64,000 nt of DNA, taken from Dimorphilus gyrociliatus. Taxonomy: Eukaryota; Animalia; Annelida. The notes beneath the pieces are model-generated. The model ran no database searches. It saw only the letters and a list, made by a program, of their open reading frames with translations, and was not told the origin of the DNA. Numbering within the stretch: position 1 is the first letter of the stretch; every line of letters starts with the position of its first letter. The position numbers were made by a program, and so were the translations under genes. The stretch spans positions 3,280,165 to 3,344,164 of the forward strand of contig CAJFCJ010000005.1 in assembly GCA_904063045.1 (NCBI GenBank), written 5' to 3'. Positions 11,568 through 23,187 of this stretch are shown here, in pieces.

Positions 11568-14500
11568 ATGGGTAAATTTGAAGACGTAAAGTGTAAATAT
11601 TAATTTTTGTTATATTATTCTAACAAATTTGATGTTAAACTATAAGCGATTCGATAGAAATTTCGATAAAAATGACTAAACCTCGTGTTGCAGCTGTGTA
11701 TGCAACCTTATAATTTAAATTTTCCCCCAAATCTGTAGACTTTACTGGACGGCAGATATCAGAGGATTTAGAAAAGCCTGTCTGTATAAATCTTAATGCT
11801 GAAAAGCATGAAAAATTGGTAAATAATATTTACAATTTTTCTTATCTATTAAAAAAGACATTATAAATAATCTAAACTGTGTTTTTCCAGTCCTTTACCG
11901 GGTATGCTCCTGTAAAATGGCGTATAATCTGTTTGTGGATACTTACAGTATTGACTGTTGGTTTAATAAGATTGGTTTTCTATTGGAAACCGGATTGGTC
12001 TTTGAAATTTACTCATTCCATTGTCGCACTATCTGATGCTAAGAACATGCTTATCAAGGTAATATTTGAAATTCCTTTCTCCGCTTTTTTGTTTAAATTT
12101 ATCTTCATAAAAGGGATATTTAATTTTATTATACTTACCAATGCAGTCTTAGAGTTAAAAATGCTATTGAATGAATGACCTATTCGAATGAGTATTCATA
12201 ATTTTTGTCAGTGTATATTGACAGAATACTTTAAAGAGAGAGATTAGAACAATGTTCTAGGTACAACTTATATATAATATATAAACTTTGATCCGTTCAA
12301 GTTCATTAGGATATCATGAACTTAGTACATAATTCTTTTCACTATTACAAATCTTTGTTTGTTTAACTAAGAGTAAAATTTCGTTTGTTTGAAACAAAAG
12401 GATCGTTATCGACGGAATTACGTAGCAAGGATAAAGGAAGAGTATATCTTCGAAAGGTTGTTTAATGCTTATATTTTTTTTATTATCTAAAACAGTTTAT
12501 TTTTATTTTTTATTTACTTTTTTTTTCCATTTTCTAGTTCCGACGAGAAAACAAATACTAAAGACAAAGTAAATATCTCTTTACTCTATCAATCTTTAGA
12601 TTATTTGTTTTTTGTTTCAAGGTTATCAGAAGATTTTTTAAACACGAAAAAGTTAAATTTATCTGGGATACAGAGTCCTTAAAATTCTCCAAAGTCAAGT
12701 ACGAATTTTTTTTGATAATATACTAATATACTGTATATATTATAATTATTTACATCTATCTATCTGTATAAATTTATATAGATGGCTTAAAAAGGATGTT
12801 AAATGTTCAGAATTTTATGATCTAAAACCTATAAAACCTATTGAAACTATTGAACGGCAGAAGTTATTTGGCATAAATGCCATTGATGTTCACGTGACAC
12901 CTATTTTTAAACTCTTTTATACTCAGGTTACTTTAATTAGCAATTTAAAATTAATTTAAAATAATATTATTCATTCCTTTAGATATTTAATCCGTTCTAC
13001 GTTTTTCAAATATTCAGTGTTATATTATGGTATAATGATGAATATTATTATTATGCAACATGTATTATTCTTATATCGGCCATATCCATAATTGCTTTTA
13101 TAAGGCAGACTAGACAGGTAACTCATTTATTGTGCAATATAGATTAAAATTTCATATTAATATTGCTACTTCCTAATTGAATGGTCTCTACAGCAAAAAA
13201 ATTACGTTGAGATAATCACATTTAAAATATTCCTTTCAGATTGAACGACGTCTAAAAAATATGATCTCTCCCATGAGCGTAGTAACTGTCTGTCGAGGTG
13301 ATGATATACAATTTCAAGAAGTCATGTCCGACGATCTAGTTCCAGGGGATATAATTGAAATACCTAAAGGTGGATTCATTGTGCCATGTGATGCAGTATT
13401 ATTAAACGGAAACTGTATAGTTAATGAAAGTATGTTAACTGGTGAAAGTGTTCCTGTAATGAAGACACCGTTACCTAATTTGAATTCTCAAAGTTTCAAC
13501 ATGAAAGATCATTCTAAACATGCACTTTTTAGCGGCACAAAAGTTGTACAAGCTAGATATTTCTGTGAGGGTAAAGTTAGAGCTGTTGTCCTAAAAACAG
13601 GTTAGAGCAATAAGTCTAATTTAAATATAATAAATTTTTACATCTTCCTTAATTTATTCGTAATCAGGGTTTTCAACTATGAAAGGAAAACTAATTCGCT
13701 CTATAATGTTTCCAAAACCAATTAATTTCAAATTTACCCAAGATTCTTTTAAGTTTGTTGGATTTTTAGCTATTCTAGCTGCTTGTGGCATGATATTCAC
13801 ATTAGTCATAATGGTATGTTATTAAATACATGTGCTATCCAGATAGACCTATAATTAATTGATATATGAAATTATCGGTGCTTAATTCTTATTATTAATA
13901 GATTCGGAGAGGAGAAACCGTTAAAAGAACTATACTACGGACATTGGATTTGATAACTATTGTTATTCCACCAGCATTGCCTGCCGCTTTGACAATTGGA
14001 ATTAGTTTTGCCCAAAGTAGATTGAAAAAGTTTAATATATTTTGTATATCTCCAACGAACATTAACATGTCTGGATCAGTAGATTGTTGTTGTTTCGATA
14101 AGGTATATAGAAATTGATAAAATGTATATAAAATTATTTTAGAGATGAACTCAATTTCTGAGTGTTATTACTGATAAAATTTTTTTTCTCGAAATAGACG
14201 GGAACACTTACCGAAGACGGTATGGATTTAAAAGGTGTACTACCCTGTAAAAACTCCAAGTTTGTTATCAATTTTCCCAATTAATTCTTTAACTATTGTT
14301 ATATTTTTCTATTAACTGTCCAGATTTAGCCCTACTCTACATCATACTCCATCTTCGTTAGAAAGATCCCCTCTATTAAGTGCCTTAGCTACGTGCCACT
14401 CTTTAACTATTATAAATAAAGAGCTATGTGGAGATCCAATGGATCTCAAAATGTTCGAATCAATTAAATGGGATTTAGAGGAAGTCGGAGAAGACAATGA

Positions 14501-16945
14501 GAAATACGACATGTTAGTTCCAACTATTGTCAAACCAAGAGCAACTGATAAAGAAGCAAAAGATGAATATAACGATACTCCATATGAAATAGGTATTGTA
14601 AGACAAATGGTCTTTTCTTCTCGTTTACAAAGAATGAGCGTGGTAACTAGAACATTAGGTGAGATTTATTAATTATTTACACTAATAGTTAAGTTTATGG
14701 GCAATATATCTTTTAACAGGCGAAAATCATTTTAACTTATTCACTAAAGGATCACCAGAAATGCTTTATAGTTTATGCAATGTAAAATCCCTACCACAGG
14801 ATTTTTACGATATACTCTACTTTTACACTAAAAGAGGATATCGTGTCCTTGCTCTCGGATACAAGGATCTTGGTAGAATGAGTTATGTCAAAGTACAAAA
14901 ATGTGCTAGGGAGGATATGGAAAAAGATCTACACTTTCTTGGCTTTCTTATTATGGAAAATCGATTAAAAATTGAAACGGAAGAAGTTATCAGGGAACTT
15001 CAATTTGCAAACTTTAAGACACTTATGATTACTGGTGATAATATGCTAACGGCTCTGAGCGTTGCTAGAGATTGCTCCATGATATCAGATTTAGATGAAG
15101 TGTATATGGTTCACGTAACCGATTTTAATGGAGATGTTAAAGTTGAACTTGCTCCTATCGATGAAAATAAAGAAGAAAATAAAGATGTATGAATTATTTT
15201 TAATTAATTTTCATAACAACATAAATATTATATAATCAAAAATTTATTACACAGCAAATCATATCAAATCTACGCAAAAATGTACGGTTAGCAATAACAG
15301 GAAAATCATGGAATTTGGCACGTATCTATTGCCCAGAATTGTTAGATTCTGTGTGCGTGAGAGGTGTCGTCTTTGCAAGAATGCTACCAGAGCAAAAAGT
15401 AGAGGTTATAGAAACTTTACAAAAGCTAGATTATTACGTATCAATGTGTGGTGATGGTGCAAACGATTCATCCGCTTTAAAAATGGCTCATGCGGGAATA
15501 TCTTTGTCAGAAGGAGCAGAAGCGTCTGTAGCAGCTCCGTTTACTTCTAGAGAGATGAATATAAAATGTGTACCAAACGTAATAAAGTAAGAAACATCTC
15601 ACTCTTTTAGTTAAAAGACTTTAATAAATTTGATATTATTGCAGACAAGGACGAGCAGCTCTGGTAACTTCTTTTGGCATATTCAAATTTATGGCTTGTT
15701 ATAGTTTAACTCAGTTTACATCAGTAACAATTTTATATTGGGTAAATTTAGACTTGCCACATTTCTTTGACATCATTTAAAGTAACCGTTTATTCTTAAT
15801 ATAACCCTGACAGATTGGAGCGAACTTTTCTGACTTTCAATTTTTATACATTGATCTTGGATTGTTGACAACACTCAGTATTACATGTAAATTCAAACAT
15901 TTCTCCTTTAGTCCATTTAATTAATAACCTTTCTCTATTTATTTGTTGTTTCTTTTTAGATGGTTATACGAAAGCGTATACAGCACTTGTTCGCGAAAAA
16001 CCCGATATTTCATTATTTGCACTCACACCCATATTATCAATTGTTGTTCAAATTATAGTTATAATTAGTACTCAAATATTAGTTTGGTTCTATATAAAAG
16101 GCCAACCATGGTAAGTTTGAAATTATATTTGATTTATGATTACTTGAATTTATTAATAATAAATTTCCGTATTCTTTCAAATGAAGGTTTACTGCATATA
16201 AATTTCAAGATGAGGCTGATTATGTTTGTGATGAAAATACAGCAGTTTTCCTCATTTCAAGCTTCCAGTATGTTTCAAGCGCAATTGTATTTTCAAAGAG
16301 CCGACCTTTCCGACAACCCATTTATACGAATTATATATTTGTAACGAATATTTTGCTGGTATTAGCCTTAAATGCATTTTTTACTCTCTTCCCTCCTAAA
16401 TCTGTTCAAGAATTTATGGGAGTAAGTATATTTTTTAAATAATCCATACCTTTTTCATGAATAATATATTAATATATTCATTTTAAAACGAATTCTTTCA
16501 GCTCCAAATTCCTCCTACACTCTCATTTAGATTTTTATACGTTGGAATTGCTTTGGCGTCATTTTTACTGTGTTATCTGCTTGAGGTAAGTATTTTTTTT
16601 TTAATATCCGTTCAATTTGAACTGGTAATTGAACTATTTCCTGATTTATAGGCTTTTGTGGTGAATTCTGAATTATTATGCAAAAGAATCGAGAAGAAAG
16701 TTGAGGAAAAGTTGAGTAAACCAACTGAATATACAATCGTTGAAAATAAATTTGACAAAGAGTTAAAAAAGCTACCTCTTTCTACTGATACGTTAGTAAA
16801 TGTATTGAACAGCGAATTATCTACAAGACAAAGGCATGCTTCCAATTTCTCTAGCGAAAGATCCGAGAGTTACCGTTATGCAGTTGAAAGAGAAAAATTT
16901 ACTGTTGATGTTATTGACTCTCGAATTGATAGCACATTGTTATAA
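11568..16945 (+). CDS. ATP13A3: P5B-type ATPase (polyamine transporter), ATP13A3-like
   Basis: Spliced exons give [10 protein letters not shown] (A-domain), VIPPALP (TM4, P5B signature), DK|TGTLTEDG (phosphorylation site split by intron 14102-14197), MITGDN and MCGDGAND. Exons 1 and 2 join in frame. Paralog assignment is by overall similarity. Confidence 0.92.
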
Positions 16946-17263
16946 ATGAACAAAGAACGTTTGAACATACTGAAGAAACATCTCCGTAGTTTAAGGTGCA
17001 TCTTTTACTTTTCTTAAAAACTAAAGAAAGTTTTCATACTGTTATACAGTAAATCAGATGCATTTCTAAAGTAGTTTATTAATGAAATCTCTAAAATTGT
17101 TGATAAAGATAATTTATTAAAATAAACATATCAAAAAGTTCAAACTGATAACTCTATTAATTAACGAATTGTTAGTTAATTGGGGTTTACAGATGTTATG
17201 TTATATTCTATTTATTTTGTTTTAGTGATTATTGTTTAGATCATGTTTAGTGTTTAGTGATTA

Positions 17264-19516
17264 TTATTTAAACTGGCTTTTGTCAACAGAATATGGTACC
17301 GTTATCTTAAATTTGCTGTTTTCTTTTACAAGTCTTCTTATTGTATCAACAGCGTTTTCATTTCCGCACCAACTCCTTCGAGCAACACCGTTTGCTACAT
17401 CCCAGCCAATAGCATTTCTTACTTTCTCTGCAGCATCGTTTGAGCCATCTAGAATCAATCCAAATCCACCATTTATTACTTCTCCCCATCCAACACCACC
17501 GCCGTTATGCAAAGCTACCCAGGTAGCACCTCTGAATCCAAGACCAATAGCATTTTGAACGGCCATATCAGCACATAAAGCTGAACCATCGTAAATGTTT
17601 GATGTTTCCCTAAATGGACTATCTGTACCAGAAACATCATGATGATCTCTAGATAGAATTACAGGCGCCTTTAATCTACCATTGGCAACAGCTTCATTAA
17701 AAGCCAAGGCAATTCCAATTCTTCCCTGTTGATCGGAATATAAAATTCTTGCCTGGGATCCAACAACCATTTTATGTTTTTGAGCTTCTTGAATCCATTT
17801 AATATTGTCCTTGTATTGTTGTTCAGCCCTGGTACCAGTATTCTTTTCCATCAGTTTATGTAAAACATCTTCAGCTATCTTATCTGTTATTTCTAAGTCT
17901 TGAGGATCAGCTGAAGAACAAACCCAACGGAAAGGACCAAATCCCAATGAGAAAATATCTCCCATAATGTGTTGAACGTATGATGGATATCTAAACACGT
18001 GAATTTTTTCTCCTGGAAGTCGAACTTCAGCTCCAGCTCGAGAAGCTTCCAACAAAAAGGCATTTCCATAATCCCAAAACTTTAATCCTTGTTCATTTAA
18101 GAAATTAATGGCATCAATCTGACGAACAAGAGATTGTTCAACTAGTTTTCTAAATTTGATAGGATCAGAACTTAAAAGTTCTCGTGAGTCATTAAAAGAT
18201 AACTGTTGAAAAAAATTCTCTCTTAAAATTGTCCCACATACCACATTTCAAACTTTTGTATTTTGTTACTTACACCTGCCGGGTAATAACCGCCTGAAAA
18301 AGGATTGTGACAGGAAGTTTGATCCGATCCGAGATCGCAGAGTAGTTCTCCTGTAGATCTATACTCTTCAACCAATCTTTCCCATAAGTCGACAATATTC
18401 CCAAGATAAGCTATGCTAGTTGCTTTTTTCTCTTTTCTATATTGTCTGATTTTAGCAATAACTACGTCTAAGTCGTCAGTCTTTTCAAGAACCCATCCCT
18501 GATTCTTTCTTTTGTCAACAGCCTCTGCGCTAACCTCAGCAACCACACCAATACAACCGGAAATAACGGCGGCTTTGGCCTGAGCGCCACTCATACCTCC
18601 CAAGCCGGAAGTAATAAAAACTTTGCCGCGTAGATCCTTTTCAAATACGAGTAGAGGGTTTACAAACAATCATCGTATATCAATAAAATGAAATTGGAAC
18701 TTACCTCTAGACCTAGATATTTCCTTCCAGCGTTTAAAATGGTTAACGTTGTTCCATGAACAATACCTTGTGGTCCAATGTAGCAATAAGACCCAGCCGT
18801 CATTTGTCCATACATGGTTACCCCAAGAGCGAATAATTTCTCGTAATCTTCTCGATTAGAATAATTGGGCACCATCATCCCATTAGTAATAACTAAGCGA
18901 GGAGCAGAGGAAGATGATGGAAAAACTCCCAAAGGATGTCCCGAATAGAGGACCAGAGTTTCATCGTCCTCTAATTCGGATAAATATTTCAAAACAAGCC
19001 AAAATTGTGCCCAATTGGAGAGTACTTGACCATTTCCTTTATTTAAGAAATGCTTTTATAAGATATGGTACAGACTTTAAATAAAAAGAGATAATTATTG
19101 ATAAGAAAAAAACAAATACCTCCGTAGGTTACTAATTCTTCCGGAAATTGAGCGACTCTTGGGTCTAAATTGTTCATTAGCATATGCATTATAGCCGCAG
19201 CTTTTTGAGTTTTAACAGGATAAAGGTTGATAGGGTAAGCCTTTATTGAGAATTGTGGCTTCAATCTATACATGTAAATATGTCCATACTCATTTAATTC
19301 TTGGAGGAACTCTTTCCCTAGTTCAAGATGAGTCTCCGGTGGAAAATATCTTAAAGCGTTTGAAATAGCTTGAACGGTATCATCCTCATTCAAATTAGGA
19401 CTGAGCTTTGGTGCATGAGCAATAAGCGGATCTCTTTCGTATTTCGGAGGTAGAGGATCCACAGGTAGACCAGAGCAGATTATTTTCAAAAAGTTTTTAA
19501 TATCAGATTCTTCCAT
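17264..19516 (-). CDS. UROC1: Urocanate hydratase (eukaryotic type), 4 exons
   Basis: YGHIYMYR, QFPEELVTYG, GQMTAGSYCYIGPQGIVHGT, GLGGMSGAQAKA, DLGSDQTSCHN, ILSRDHHDVSG, LHNGGGVGWG. The three introns are GT-AG and restore the frame. Start ATG at 19516 is inferred. Confidence 0.96.
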
Positions 19517-20276
19517 CTCCGATGTTGGTTTAAAAATGAAAGGATACGGCGAAAAACAGTGCAATTTTATACTTCATTGTAATCCTCCCAACACAATCGA
19601 GGACTTGGATTGCACATTATCGTCTTTATTGTATTTTTTTTCACTAACCCTTTTGATTTATTATCAACTAAAATGTTTCTAAGTTTACACAATCAAACAA
19701 TAGGATAGTTAGTGAGTATTTTAACAGTTTACTCTGCAAAAACAATGGTTGTCTAAAAGAATAAATTCACGTCTTATTTATGTATATCATTAAAAAACTG
19801 TCTACTTTAAGAGAAAAAACAAAAGAGAACACATATAGGACTAAATCTTTTTCTGCCAGATGACAATAGAGACATATGTATGTTCTTTTAAAAGAATGTT
19901 CGCTTCTATTGATAATGAGAAGTAATCTTTTTATATTTACATATGCTATTCGGAAATTGAAGTAAATTTCAGATAAGTTATCAATGGAATTAATAGAAAT
20001 AGAAGGTTTCTTTTATCGATATTGGATAATTTTAGGTGAAATATGACCTGATTAGAGAAAGAGACAGACAGCGAGGACTGATGACGTGTAAAGAATCATA
20101 GGTTCTAAAATATCGTGCATTAATTCTTTTATCTTTGTATAAAGATGTCAAATTATAAAACAATAAATTAACATTATTGTCTATTGACAATTTGGGCCTA
20201 TTTTATTCAGTTTTTGAACAATTCAAATCCCTATATCTATTATGAAACGACACTAGTAATATGTTTTTATTGTATT

Positions 20277-20310
<34 letters not shown>

Positions 20311-20436
20311 TATACATGTAATATAGTTTATTTCTTCAATACTTATAAATAAAGTTATTGAATAAGTTAAGGAAATTGTTCAGACCGGAAACTAATGTTG
20401 TGGTTATTTAAATGACGCGTCGTTCATTTTCTTTTT

Positions 20437-20515
20437 TGCACACGAGCGGAAAATACCGTCAGTAGAGAGTAAACTAGAAATTTGCGCACGAAACATACAA
20501 TCTTTAGTATATAAA
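20437..20515 (+). promoter_or_regulatory. Metallothionein promoter: two metal-response elements and a TATA box
   Basis: TGCACAC (20437-20443) and TGCGCAC (20483-20489) match the MRE core TGCRCNC; TATATAAA at 20508-20515. Confidence 0.8.
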
Positions 20516-20603
20516 GCGTCGACTCGTTCCTTTCAACGCCACATCCCAACAGAAAGGAATTGCTTTATCACATCTACAGTTGAAATTCATTACAACAAAA
20601 AAT

Positions 20604-20947
20604 ATGTCTGACGCTGCCTGTATCTGTGACGTTTGTAAGTGTTGAAAAAAAAACATCATTATTCTATAGCTCAGTAAAAATCTTTTTAAAAAACAGCTTG
20701 CAAATGCCTACCAGAAATTCCCGAAAACGAACGTTGCCCTGCAACAAGCGGATGTAAATGTACATCTTGTGGAGCAGCTTGTAAAAGTAAGAACAAATGT
20801 GGAAGTAAGTTATTATAAATAAATAAAAATCACGATATTCTAATACTTTCTATCATGTTAGATTTGAATTGCAAATGTGCACCTGGAACTTGTAAATGCT
20901 CTCCCGGCGAATGTAGCGAAGGCTGTCCCTCGGCATGTTGTAATTAG
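20604..20947 (+). CDS. Metallothionein, 74 aa, 18 Cys, 3 exons (not in ORF track)
   Basis: Exons 20604-20634, 20697-20804 and 20862-20947 splice (GTAAGT...AG) to MSDAACICDVSCKCLPEIPENERCPATSGCKCTSCGAACKSKNKCGNLNCKCAPGTCKCSPGECSEGCPSACCN. CxC motifs, no aromatic residues, MREs upstream. Confidence 0.92.
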
Positions 20948-21469
20948 ACGTTTAAATAGTTTAAAGCATCTTTAAAAAAAAAAAGAGTTTACTACCACCA
21001 TCTACACTCTATCTCCATTCTGTCAAACAGATTATTTATTTAAATACAGAAAATAATTTTAAAGAAAACTACCATCCAATGTCTTTCTTCTTATTAGGTT
21101 ACTAAGTATTTTTATACTAGTTATAGGCTAAATGAAACAAATGACTAGGTTTGTTGTTAACATGATTTTCTTTGTAAATACTATAAAAAATAATGAGTGC
21201 AATTTAAAAAACAGAGTATCTTTAAACTTCTTGACAGACTGTTTTAAAAAAGTGACTCTTTCCTTATTTTATTAAAATTAATAACACCAATACATACATA
21301 TAGTGTACTGGATTATTTGTCACTTATATTAGTACGAAAAGTTCGTAACAAAACTCATGATAAATAGATAACTTTGTTCCTTTCAATGGAATTTTACAAA
21401 AAGTGGTTTTTAAAATATTAAATTATTCTCAAAAATTCTTAGTATTGAATCCTATGAAGATTCTTCTTA

Positions 21470-22236
21470 TTAGTCCCTTAGAGGTTTAAAAGGTTCGAGG
21501 TAGAAGTCGTCCTGTCTACTTAAGGGAGCAAAGAGTTTAATACGGTTTTCGGTATAGACCTATTAAGAATGTTGAAACACATAAACATCATGTATTGTTT
21601 TTGTTGAGGGAAAAGTACGAAATCAGTATACCTCTATCCAAGGATGAGCGCAGAGATTCTTCTCATAGCAATATTCCTTAACTTTGCCATAGCATTTCCA
21701 AATAGCCAAGTAAATGGATAAGAATGTTGTGAACGGGAAGCTTGTAATAACAGCATAGTCAACCTGGGGAACAACGCCAATTTTACAGCCTTTCTGTAAC
21801 ATAGCTTCCTCTAAAGAGATATCACATTTTTCATCATCCTTTGCGAGGATTGCACCAACAATATAACTGTTCAAGTATAGAAATATTCGTTATAATTGAT
21901 AACAAGAATTTTTAAAAATACTAGCAATTTCAAATCTTAGACTAACCGTTGTTCATTTGCATTTGTTGTACTCGGGCAGTCATAATAGATTCCTAACGTA
22001 TGAAAAGTCTTATCGCTAGGTAAATAAGACATAATTCTTGTAAATATTGGTCCCACATCTTTATAACTCCCTTTACCATGCAAATAAGCTATGGTAACTT
22101 TTCCTATGGGTGGATTACCCGAATCAACAACAACGCTTTCTAAAGCTCCCGAATAAATGAAAAGTCCAAAAATAGTTGCTAAAAGGATTAGAGTAATAAT
22201 GACTAAACCTATTAAACTAAAAGTGAATAATTCCAT
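21470..22236 (-). CDS. TEX264: TEX264-like protein (N-terminal TM plus GyrI-like domain), 3 exons
   Basis: Hydrophobic N-terminus, then IAYLHGKGSYKDVG, GIYYDCP, YIVGAIL, FPFTTFLSIYLAI and CAHPWIE|VYTENRIKLFAPLSRQDDFYL; stop at 21470-21472. Confidence 0.85.
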
Positions 22237-23019
22237 AGTTTAATAAATCAGATTTTTAGATGAATGAAACAATAGCCAAATAGGAGAAGTATCCAAAATC
22301 AACCGGTACCGGAAATAGATCTATTTTGAATACCGTTAGATGTCGCAAGTAGTCATCTAAAAAACATTAATATTCTATAGAGTGAGCTAAAATCAGTTCA
22401 AAATAATGTAATTATATATAATCAACAAAATATAAACTCATTTTGAACTTTTTACTATCGATTTTATTCAACGTTCAAATAATATAATTAATTATAATTA
22501 TAAGATATAAAAAAGAAGCTTTTCTACGCGAATTCTTTTGATGCTATAAAGACATAGGTTTCTAAAAATTTCTTCTTACTACCATTGTCTTAAAAAAAAT
22601 ATCTAATATATTAATAAATAGAATAAAAAGTCGCATTCTACAAAAAAATACAACAAGCTTGTTAATTCTTTACAAAATACACATTCTGTATATATATATA
22701 TATACATGTATATATGTAGCATACAGCAAAGAACCAAAAGGCTAAATCCATTTTTCATTAGTTTAAATGTCATAAAACTTAATGTACAGAAGTATATATT
22801 CGATATATTTATATAGTTTTAAAGGTATATGACATCATAAATCATTCACTTCTAATGAGTGTTCAAATAAAATAAATTAATGAATTTCTCAATTATATTA
22901 TTGAATAGTTCATGTATTTTAACAATTCATTCAAAATATACTAAGTATATTATATTTCATCTTTCAAGCATCTCTTTTTTACTTATTATGGGACGAAAAA
23001 CAATGGAAGAAAGGGAGAA

Positions 23020-23050
<31 letters not shown>

Positions 23051-23187
23051 AAGGGGAGGGGGTGTGGGGCGGAGGAAGAGAATAAAAGAAAATAAGATCA
23101 GTAATAAATATTAGATATTAACGCTAATGAATAGGTTTTTTACAACGTAAAATCTAATTTATTATCTTTGTAATGAGATAATTATGA

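Noticed and set aside
17232-17558. Plus-strand 108-aa ORF
   Set aside because: Antisense shadow of the UROC1 last exon.
22880-23095. ORF with an ERERER run
   Set aside because: Translation of a (GA)n microsatellite downstream of the carboxypeptidase.
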